From assembly GCA_035499735.1 (NCBI GenBank), contig DATJYC010000043.1, positions 15,182-79,181 of the forward strand: a stretch of 64,000 bases of DNA. The letters run 5' to 3'. Shown piece by piece: positions 56,611-64,000 of the stretch. The position numbers and the translations under genes were made by a program. The notes under the pieces were generated by a model. The model was not told where the DNA came from. It saw nothing but the letters and a program-made list of their open reading frames with translations, and ran no database searches. Numbering within the stretch: the first letter of the stretch is position 1; every line of letters begins with the position of its first letter. Source of the DNA: Burkholderiales bacterium. Its GTDB lineage: Bacteria > Pseudomonadota > Gammaproteobacteria > Burkholderiales > SG8-39.

Positions 56611-58080
56611 CTATTGCGACACTTCCGTCGGGCGGTGAAGATATAGCCCGCGCGGCTCCCCGATAACCCTTCCGTTCTCGCACACCAGCATCCCGCGAAG
56701 GAACGTCGCCTTGATGCGCGCTCCGAGCTCGAGGCCTTCGAAAGGCGTGTAGCCCTGCGTCGACTCGGAGTCCCTGGCCCGGATCGTCCACGTCTCGCTC
56801 GGATCGACGAGCGCGAGATCGGCGTCGAGGCCCGGGGCGACGTCGCCCTTGGAGTTGAGGCCGTAGCGCCGCGCCGGGTTGTGGCTGGTGAGGCTCGCGA
56901 TGCGTCCGAGCGCAAGGCCGCGCTTCGCGCCCTCGGAGACGAGCGCGGGCAGGAGGTACTCGGTGCCGCCGAAGCCGGACTTCGCCAGCCAGATGTTGCC
57001 GAAGGCCTTCTTCGCCGCCTTGGTCTCGTGGCGGCAGCAGGCGTGGTCGCTCACCACCCAGTCGATCCTGCCCTCGAGGAGCTTCTCCCACAGGAACTCG
57101 ACGTCCTCGCGCGGACGGATCGGCGGGTTGACCTTGGCGAGCACGCCGGCCTTCGAGCCCGTGTCGAGCATCAGGTGGCCGATCGTCGCCTCGCGGCGGA
57201 AGTCGATGTGCGGGAACACCTGGGCCATCTGCAGGGCCGCGGCGAGCGCCTTCTTCGAGGAAAGGTGCAGCAGGTTGATGTTCGGCAGCGCCGCCTCGCT
57301 CGCGAGATACGCTGCGATGAACACCGCGAGCCCCTCGGAATGCGGCGGCCGCGCTGCGTGGTAGGCGGCGAGGCCTTTCAGTTTCGTGCGCTCGATCCGC
57401 CTCGTATACGCGGTCATGATCTCGGCGGTCTCGCAGTGCAGCGACAGGCTGATCTGCGCGGCCTTCTCCGGGAAGCGCTCGCGCGCCGACTGTACCGCCC
57501 GCATCACGAACTCGAAGTGCGCGTAGTCGTAGCGCTCATCCCTGCCGATCATCAGGAACTTGCGTTGGTCGTCCGAGCGCCCGTGCAGTCCGTGCGAGCC
57601 GTAGAACATGAAGATCTTGAACGAGGCGACGCCGTGCTTCGACACCAGCATCGGGATCTCGCGCAGGTGAACGGAGTCCATCGGCGCGAGGTGGTAGCCG
57701 TAGTCGACGTGGAACTTCCCTTTGGAGATCTTCAGCACCTCGGGGAAGAACTTCGCGTACGGCCCGCCCTTGTTCAGGTAGTACTGGCCGGTGCGGAAGT
57801 AGTTGAGCATCGAGGTGACGCCCCCCTGAGCCGCGGCGCGGCTCTCCGAGACCGCGTCCTCACTGAGCGGCGCGTAGATGCCTGCGTGCATATGCGCGTC
57901 CACCACGCCGGGAAAGGCGAGCCGGCCGCGGCCGTCGTAAACCGTCTTCGCCTCGTCCGGGCGAAGGCCCGGCGCGATCCGGGAGAATTTGCCGTCCTTG
58001 ATCGCGATATCCGCCTCGATCGGCGCGTCGTTGCCCGGGCGCACCACGCGCACGTTCTTGATGATCAGGTCGTCGCTCAT
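56611..58080 (-). CDS. Cyclic amidohydrolase (dihydroorotase/allantoinase/hydantoinase superfamily)
   Basis: DAHMH, SFKIFM (carbamylated Lys), LHCE, LLHLS, VNPPIR and VSDHA binuclear-site residues. Confidence 0.9.
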   Translation of the reverse strand: MSDDLIIKNVRVVRPGNDAPIEADIAIKDGKFSRIAPGLRPDEAKTVYDGRGRLAFPGVVDAHMHAGIYAPLSEDAVSESRAAAQGGVTSMLNYFRTGQYYLNKGGPYAKFFPEVLKISKGKFHVDYGYHLAPMDSVHLREIPMLVSKHGVASFKIFMFYGSHGLHGRSDDQRKFLMIGRDERYDYAHFEFVMRAVQSARERFPEKAAQISLSLHCETAEIMTAYTRRIERTKLKGLAAYHAARPPHSEGLAVFIAAYLASEAALPNINLLHLSSKKALAAALQMAQVFPHIDFRREATIGHLMLDTGSKAGVLAKVNPPIRPREDVEFLWEKLLEGRIDWVVSDHACCRHETKAAKKAFGNIWLAKSGFGGTEYLLPALVSEGAKRGLALGRIASLTSHNPARRYGLNSKGDVAPGLDADLALVDPSETWTIRARDSESTQGYTPFEGLELGARIKATFLRGMLVCENGRVIGEPRGLYLHRPTEVSQ

Positions 58081-58592
58081 GCTTTCTTCAGCCGCTTCTC
58101 CAGGTGCCCGAGCAGGCCGCCGTCGCGGATCAGCGCCATGAGGTGCGCGGGCACCGGCTCGCAGGCGATCATTTCGCCGGTCGTGAGATTGGCTATCCTC
58201 CCCGCCTCGGCATCAACCCGCAGCCGGTCTTCCGCGCGGATGCGCTTCGCCTCCGCGCACACGACCGCAGGCAGCCCGAGGTTGAAAGCATTGCGGTAGA
58301 AGAGTCCCGCAAACGATTCCGCGATCAGCGCCGCCACCCCGAGGTGCTTGAGCGCCTGCGGCGCCTGCTCGCGCGACGAGCCCGCGCCGAAATTCTTCCC
58401 GCCGACGACCACGTCGCCTGGTCGCACCTCTGCCGCGAACCTCGGCTCGACCGACTCGAGGCAGTGCTTCGCGATTTCCTCGATCCCGAACCTCATGTAC
58501 CGGCCCGGCGCGAGGACGTCGGTGGTGAGATCGTCGCCGAAGCGCCAGACGCGGCCGGCATGCTGCGAGGAGCTCGACGGGCGGGCAGTCAT
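58077..58592 (-). CDS. LeuD/DmdB-like aconitase-family small (swivel) subunit
   Basis: FGDDLTTD, GGKNFGAGSSREQA and IAESFAGLFYRNA.N.GLP. Confidence 0.85.
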   Translation of the reverse strand: MTARPSSSSQHAGRVWRFGDDLTTDVLAPGRYMRFGIEEIAKHCLESVEPRFAAEVRPGDVVVGGKNFGAGSSREQAPQALKHLGVAALIAESFAGLFYRNAFNLGLPAVVCAEAKRIRAEDRLRVDAEAGRIANLTTGEMIACEPVPAHLMALIRDGGLLGHLEKRLKKA

Positions 58593-58718
58593 TGGTCGGA
58601 GCGGTGATGCGCGGATGCAGGATAGGAATCGTAACACCGGTCAGCCGGGCTATTTTCGGCGCACCGGTTTTGCGCCATCATGCGGCCTACCCGCTCCGGG
58701 TATCGGACTCCCACCCAC

Positions 58719-59354
58719 ATGCTGAAACCCCTCCCTGCCCTGGGCGTCGGCTTGCTCCTGGCGGTGCAGCCGCTCGCTGCAGCAGCGGACGGCTGCGGCA
58801 GTGCCTACGTCGACGTTCCGGGAAGCTCGGCCCTGGCTTCGGCCTCGTTGTGGTCGAACGCGCGCTCCGCCGGCAACTCGCTGAAGGTGCGAAGCCGGGC
58901 TCTCCTCGAGCAGGCGGCGGCAAGCCGCAAGGTCATGGCGCCGCCGCCCGGCGGCTGCCCGGCCGGCTGCAAGCCGGCCGGCCCTCCCCTCGTCGTGTTC
59001 CGCTCGGTCCCCAACAGGTTCCGTACGGACTACTCGGACGCCGGGATGTGCAGGAAGCTGGAGGAGCAGACGCAAGCCGCGCCGTTCCGATACGGCGCGA
59101 GAACGTTCGCGTCGCTGGACGACCTGAATTCGTGGTTTGGCGACTTCTCGCAGGGCGACGGCCCCGACGGCGAGGACCTTTACCGGCGCTGCTCCGGGGA
59201 TTGCAGCCCGCAGTACACCAATGTCATCGACGTCACGGCCCACTCCACGCTCAACCTCGTCGCGAACGTGGTCTGCGGCCCGGCGCGGGACAAGTCCGAC
59301 GATCAGTACCGGCTCTCGATCGCGTATCGGTTCGCCTGCCGTCCCCAGCGCTAA
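58719..59354 (+). CDS. Secreted Cys-rich hypothetical protein
   Basis: Signal peptide and eight Cys residues; no family recognised. Confidence 0.65.
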   Translation: MLKPLPALGVGLLLAVQPLAAAADGCGSAYVDVPGSSALASASLWSNARSAGNSLKVRSRALLEQAAASRKVMAPPPGGCPAGCKPAGPPLVVFRSVPNRFRTDYSDAGMCRKLEEQTQAAPFRYGARTFASLDDLNSWFGDFSQGDGPDGEDLYRRCSGDCSPQYTNVIDVTAHSTLNLVANVVCGPARDKSDDQYRLSIAYRFACRPQR

Positions 59355-59386
59355 CGCTCGAGGCCCGGGACCGGCCCGGGTCCTGC

Positions 59387-59737
59387 TCAGTGCTGCCCGA
59401 GCAACCGCTCCGCCGAATGCGCGCCGCGGTACAGCGCCCAGGCCGCGAACACCACGAACAGTGCGCCGACGGTCGCGGTATTCCGCGCGATCAGGAATCT
59501 GGACGCGAACTGCAGCGCCCAGGGCGACACGATCAGCCAGGTCCCGAGCAGTATCTCGAGGACCTCCTTCCAGTACCTGGGCACCGAGGCCGCGAACGCC
59601 GCCAGCGCGAACAGCACGGCGCCGAACGCCCATGCGTTGCGCGCCGCCGCCTCGTGAACGTAGCCCAGAGCCCAGGGCGAGACGAACAGCCACGCCGCGA
59701 GCAGCATGTTGATTATTTCCTGCCATCGCCGAGTCAT
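59387..59737 (-). CDS. SPW-repeat membrane protein
   Basis: Two repeats W-L-x-V-SPW-AL (FVSPWALGY, IVSPWALQF). Confidence 0.8.
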   Translation of the reverse strand: MTRRWQEIINMLLAAWLFVSPWALGYVHEAAARNAWAFGAVLFALAAFAASVPRYWKEVLEILLGTWLIVSPWALQFASRFLIARNTATVGALFVVFAAWALYRGAHSAERLLGQH

Positions 59738-59870
59738 GGTGCACCTCTTGAAAGCTGTTGAACCCGAAACGTTCGACTTCGCCGGCGGACCCGAGGTTCC
59801 GGGCGGGAAAACATATCGGGAACGCGCGATCCTTAATCGCCGCTTAAGAATCGGCGCGCAACATCGCGGA

Positions 59871-60809
59871 TCACCGGTCGGACGCTTCGCGATACGCCGC
59901 CCGCACGGCGCCGGGCAGGCGCGTCCCGGCGTCGGGATAGCGCGCCTTCGCCTCCGCGGCGACCGCCTCCAGCGCCTGGTCGACCGTCCTGCCCTCGCTC
60001 TTGAGCGCGGCGGTGCGCGCGCGCACGAACGCCAGGTAATCGCGATAGCTCCTGATGAAGCCCGCGTCGCCCAACGGCCCGTGGCTGGGCACGATGATCC
60101 GCGGATGCAGCGCGTCGAAGGCATCCAGGCTCGCGAGCCAGGTCTTCACGCTCGACGCGGGGCTCGCGAACGCCGGCGCCGCCTTCATCGCGATGTCGCC
60201 CGAGAACAGGACGCCTTCGCCTTCCACCCAGATCGCCGTATCGCCCCGCGTGTGATTCGGCCCCATCGCGATCAGCCGCGCCTTCACGCCGCCCAGGTCG
60301 AGGGCGCGCTCCTTGTCGAAGATCTCGTCCGCCTTGCGGAATTCCGCTCCCTCCAGCAGTTGCGCCATCGCGGGCGAGCGGCTCCGGAAGATATCGGCCG
60401 TCTTCATACCCTCCGAGGCGATCTCGTCGACCTGCGCCCGCGCGCGAACCATCTTCGTGGACGCGGGGAAGGCCTGCGCACCGAGATCGTGCTCGGGGTG
60501 CACGTGCGTCGTCACCAGGTAGAGCGGCCTGTCGCCGCTCACCTTGCGCACCTCGCGCAGCACCGTCTCGCCGTTCTGCCGGCCCAGGCCGGTATCGACG
60601 ACGAGCGTCGCGCGCGTGCCGACGATGATTCCCACGTTGGGCACGCCCGGCACGCTGAAGTCCGGAATCACGTACACGTGCGCGGAGATCTTCTCCGTCG
60701 CGCCCTCCTTCACCAGCGGGCCGCTCGTGACGAGCTGCTGCGCGCCGGCCTGGGCCGCGAGGATCAGGCCCGGCAACACGCTGCCGATCGCCAGGTGAAC
60801 GCCCCTCAT
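59871..60809 (-). CDS. Secreted MBL-fold metallo-hydrolase
   Basis: Signal peptide, VVDTG, THVHPEHDLG, HTRGD, FSGD and PSHG. Confidence 0.85.
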   Translation of the reverse strand: MRGVHLAIGSVLPGLILAAQAGAQQLVTSGPLVKEGATEKISAHVYVIPDFSVPGVPNVGIIVGTRATLVVDTGLGRQNGETVLREVRKVSGDRPLYLVTTHVHPEHDLGAQAFPASTKMVRARAQVDEIASEGMKTADIFRSRSPAMAQLLEGAEFRKADEIFDKERALDLGGVKARLIAMGPNHTRGDTAIWVEGEGVLFSGDIAMKAAPAFASPASSVKTWLASLDAFDALHPRIIVPSHGPLGDAGFIRSYRDYLAFVRARTAALKSEGRTVDQALEAVAAEAKARYPDAGTRLPGAVRAAYREASDR

Positions 60810-60819
60810 GATCCCCCGC

Positions 60820-61557
60820 CTAGACGCAGCGCGCGCCGTCGACCTCGATGCACACGCCGCTCACCATCGCGGCCTCGTCGGAGGCGAGGTAGAGGCAGGC
60901 GTTCGCCACGTCGAGCGGCGTCGAGAAGCGCCCGAGCGGGATGGTGGCGAGGAAGCGCTCCTTCGCCTCGTCGCTCAGCGTCCCGCCGGCGAACTCCGCC
61001 GAGAGCCCGGTGCCCGGGCTGAACACCGGGTTCACGCAGTTGACCCGGATCCCGTCCGGGCCGAATTCCGCGGCCATCGACTTCGACATGATGATCACCG
61101 CGCCCTTCGAGCTGTTGTACACGGTGAGCCCGGGCCTGGGGCGCACGCCGGCGGTCGATGCGATGTTGACGAAGCAGCCGCCGCCGCGCTTGCGGAAGAC
61201 GGGCACGGCGTGGATCGCAGAGAGGTAGACGCTCTTCACGTTGACGGCGTAGACGCGATCGAACTCTGCCTCGCTCACCTCCAGATACGGCTTGCTGCGG
61301 TGCGTCCAGCCGGCGTTGTTGACAACGATGTCGAGACTCGCACCGGCCTCCCGCACGAGGCGCGCCCAGTCGTCGCCCTTCGTGACGTCGCCCTGCACGA
61401 ACCGGCCGCCGATCTCGCGCGCGATCTTCTCTCCGCGGTCGGAAACATCGTTCACCACCACCCTCGCGCCTTCCTCGGCGAAGCGCTTCGCGATCCCGGC
61501 GCCGAAGCCGGAGCCCGCGCCAGTGACGATCGCCGTCTTGTCCTTCAGTCGCATCAA
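60820..61557 (-). CDS. Short-chain dehydrogenase/reductase
   Basis: TGAGSGFG, VNNAG, YNSSK (YxxxK) and EVDG. Confidence 0.92.
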   Translation of the reverse strand: MMRLKDKTAIVTGAGSGFGAGIAKRFAEEGARVVVNDVSDRGEKIAREIGGRFVQGDVTKGDDWARLVREAGASLDIVVNNAGWTHRSKPYLEVSEAEFDRVYAVNVKSVYLSAIHAVPVFRKRGGGCFVNIASTAGVRPRPGLTVYNSSKGAVIIMSKSMAAEFGPDGIRVNCVNPVFSPGTGLSAEFAGGTLSDEAKERFLATIPLGRFSTPLDVANACLYLASDEAAMVSGVCIEVDGARCV

Positions 61558-61564
61558 CAGGGGC

Positions 61565-63514
61565 TCAAGCGCGCGCTTCAGCAGTCGCGCTCGCAGCGGA
61601 AATCCGCCGCCGCACGAGCCAGTAGGCGATGATCATCCCCAGGGGTACGCAGGTGAGCGCCGCCACCCGCTCGCTCGGATGCAGCAGGACGACCATGGCG
61701 AGCGCGGCGAGCGCTCCCCGCAGCCCCAGATCGACGACCGGGCGCTCGGAGAACCGCGCCTGGAGGCTGAAGGTGATCCCGATGGTGGCGACGAGGATCA
61801 GCGCTGCGGCGCCGAGCTGGGCCGTACCGGGCTCGATGACGAGCTCCGGCCTGACGAACACGCCGGCCATGAGCGTGAACAGCGAAACGCAGATCTGCAG
61901 CGCCCGGCTCAGCGTTTGCCCGAACGGAGCGCCGGCGATCTTCGACGTCACCGCCGCGACCAGCGACGTCGGCGGCGTCAGCTCGCCCCAGACCGCGAGG
62001 AAGAACGCGAAGAAGTGCACTACCCACGGGTTCACCCCGACGCTGATCATCGGCGGCACGATCACCAGGGCGGCGATGATGTAGGTCGGCGCGGGCGGCA
62101 GCCCGGTCCCGAGCACCGCGCCGAAGACGAAGGCCATCAGCACCATCGCGGCGAGGTTCACCCCGGCCGCATCCATCAGCAGCGAGCCCATCTTGGTCGG
62201 AACGCCGGTGATGACCAACGCTCCGGTCATGATCGACAGCGTGGCGAGCAGCAACGCCAGGTCGGCGGTCATCTCGGTGTAGGTGTCGACGAACCGCGCG
62301 AGCGGCTCGACGAGCGCGCGGAGCGACAGGCGGCGCGACCACAGCAAGGCCGCCACGTTCACGGCGAAGAGCACGCTGGCGACGGCCACGAACACATAGA
62401 GCGCGGCGAACATCGGCGCGAGATGCCACACCGCCATGAGGCCGACCAGGCCGCTGATGACCGCGGCGAAGGCGCCGATGTTCGTCCAGTCCTTCCAGGT
62501 CATGCCCTCGATGTTCAGGGCGACGGCGTGCGTGCGGTTGCGCAGCGACAGCAGGTAGACCGACACGGCGACGGTGGCGTAATAGATGATCGCCGGCACG
62601 TAGCCGCGCGCCACGACGTCGAAATAGCTGACGCCCATGAACTCGGCCATGAGGAAAGCCGAGACGCCCATGACCGGCGGCATCAGCTGCCCGCCGAGCG
62701 ACGAGGCCGATTCGATCGCGGCGGCCGTCGCGCGCGGCATGCCCGCGCCGATCATCGCCGGGATGGTGGCCGTGCCGATGGTGATCGCGTTGGCCGCGCC
62801 GCTGCCGCTCACCGTCCCGACCAGCATCGACCCGACCACCGCCGACTGCGGCAGCGCGTGCGCCGAGCGCACCGCGACCCGCTTGGTGGCGCGGAGCAGG
62901 GAGTCGATGCAGCCGTAGGCGCGCAGCGCGCTCAGCACCAGAAGGAACGAGCCGATCACGGTCAGCGCGATCTGAGGCAGCCGCGCGAAGATTCCGGTGG
63001 ACATCTCGACGCTCGCTGCGCTCACGATGCGCGACCAGGGGAGGCCCGCGTGATAGAACATGCCGGGCACCAGATAGCCGTACACGGCGTACAGCATGAG
63101 CGCGACGTTCAGAATGAACAGCGTCATGTGACGCTTGCGCGCGTATTCCATGACGAGCGCGACCATCGCGCCCCCCAGGAACAGATCGGCCGGGTCCCAC
63201 ATTCCGGCGCGCACCGTGCCGAGGTCCATATACTCCACGCGCATATACACCGAGACGGCGATGCAGACGGCCACGTAGGCGGCGGCGATGGCGTAGTTCG
63301 CCGCCGCAGGCAGGCGCGGATACAGATCGTCCTTGCGCAGCGCGTCCAGGGTGAAGAGGACGAATGTGAAGGGGATCAGCGTCATCGCCAGCAGCGTCGG
63401 GCCACCAGAGCTGGTGACGTAGTACCAGAAGAGGTAGAGAAAGAAGAGCGTCGCGGCGGCGTAGTACAGGCGGTCGACCACGACGCGCCGGCGGCTGGAA
63501 GCGGCTGACTCCAT
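61565..63514 (-). CDS. TRAP transporter 4TM/12TM fused permease (TAXI-associated)
   Basis: SGSGAAN, ASSLGGQLMPPVMG, GTGLPPAPTY and ELTPP motifs; many TM helices. Confidence 0.9.
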   Translation of the reverse strand: MESAASSRRRVVVDRLYYAAATLFFLYLFWYYVTSSGGPTLLAMTLIPFTFVLFTLDALRKDDLYPRLPAAANYAIAAAYVAVCIAVSVYMRVEYMDLGTVRAGMWDPADLFLGGAMVALVMEYARKRHMTLFILNVALMLYAVYGYLVPGMFYHAGLPWSRIVSAASVEMSTGIFARLPQIALTVIGSFLLVLSALRAYGCIDSLLRATKRVAVRSAHALPQSAVVGSMLVGTVSGSGAANAITIGTATIPAMIGAGMPRATAAAIESASSLGGQLMPPVMGVSAFLMAEFMGVSYFDVVARGYVPAIIYYATVAVSVYLLSLRNRTHAVALNIEGMTWKDWTNIGAFAAVISGLVGLMAVWHLAPMFAALYVFVAVASVLFAVNVAALLWSRRLSLRALVEPLARFVDTYTEMTADLALLLATLSIMTGALVITGVPTKMGSLLMDAAGVNLAAMVLMAFVFGAVLGTGLPPAPTYIIAALVIVPPMISVGVNPWVVHFFAFFLAVWGELTPPTSLVAAVTSKIAGAPFGQTLSRALQICVSLFTLMAGVFVRPELVIEPGTAQLGAAALILVATIGITFSLQARFSERPVVDLGLRGALAALAMVVLLHPSERVAALTCVPLGMIIAYWLVRRRISAASATAEARA

Positions 63515-63543
63515 TGTGCTCACCCCGTCGGTCGGTTGCCGGC

Positions 63544-64000
63544 CTACTTCGCGATCCGGCCGTCCCACTTCGTTTCCCAGACCCCTTTCTCGCGCATGTA
63601 CCTCGCGAGCCCCGGGTGAATCGGCACGAGATCCCACGACGATTCGACGCCGCGCCGCTGAAAGCCCGCCATGTTCTGGGCGATCTGCGCGAATCCCGAG
63701 TCGGCCTTGGCCAGCTCGGGCGCGTGCTGCTCGATGAGCTTCAGCATCTGGTAGACGTCTTCCGCCGGGATCTCGAGGCCCACGTCGAAGCCGAAATAGA
63801 ACGGCAGCTCGACCACCTTCTTGACGTGCACGTCCCTCTTGAACACCGAAGGGTCGAGCTCGACCACGCTGAATTTCTGCTTCTCGAGCTTGGCGATCTC
63901 GGCCGCGCTCGGATTCAGCGCCGCCCAGTCGGCCGCGAGCGAGGCTTCGGTGATCCAGGGAGCCGGGGTCTTCTCGGCGCCGGTATAGATGCACATGGCG
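63544..64000 (-). CDS. TAXI solute-binding protein, C-terminal part cut by the window edge
   Basis: VPIHPGLARYMREKG terminal motif; directly upstream of the fused permease. Confidence 0.82.
   Translation of the reverse strand, partial: AMCIYTGAEKTPAPWITEASLAADWAALNPSAAEIAKLEKQKFSVVELDPSVFKRDVHVKKVVELPFYFGFDVGLEIPAEDVYQMLKLIEQHAPELAKADSGFAQIAQNMAGFQRRGVESSWDLVPIHPGLARYMREKGVWETKWDGRIAK

Overview
This is 64 kb of gene-dense, high-GC (roughly high-60s % by eye) chromosomal DNA. It is most consistent with a heterotrophic betaproteobacterium (four Bug/TctC binding proteins, two TAXI binding proteins). I found no rRNA, tRNA, CRISPR array, transposase or integrase. Main blocks: (1) rhomboid protease and a membrane PAS-GGDEF cyclase; (2) a divergent aromatic-acid catabolic cluster (alpha-hydroxy acid oxidase, Bug, TauD and lactonase on one side; Fcs-like ligase, HCHL-like lyase, CoA-transferase and acyl-CoA dehydrogenase on the other); (3) a PCC3-type porin-multiheme cytochrome conduit (heme-b-like inner-membrane protein, 21-heme and 9-heme cytochromes, secreted accessory protein, SPOR-TPR-beta-barrel) facing a membrane-anchored, circularly permuted ferredoxin-NADPH flavoprotein; (4) an M20 peptidase/Bug/hydrolase operon; (5) ygiQ and envelope lipoprotein genes, including a four-lipoprotein LPP20/LpoB-like/COG3014 operon; (6) YceI-YceI-cytochrome b561; (7) a Crp/Fnr regulator and two convergent PQQ-dehydrogenase units with cytochromes and a TonB receptor, bracketed by two paralogous small secreted-peptide genes that share promoter layout and a 5'-UTR hairpin; (8) an orphan LeuD-like gene coupled to a cyclic amidohydrolase, then MBL, SDR and TRAP/TAXI genes. 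Best candidates for undescribed biology: the putative NADPH-to-cell-surface electron wire (13.8-21.3 kb), the peptide paralog pair with its conserved leader (43.3-43.9 and 53.4-53.8 kb), and an HCHL homolog lacking both phenol-binding tyrosines. Family assignments come from motifs recalled from memory, not from database searches. Several start codons are my own choices, shorter than the ORF track.
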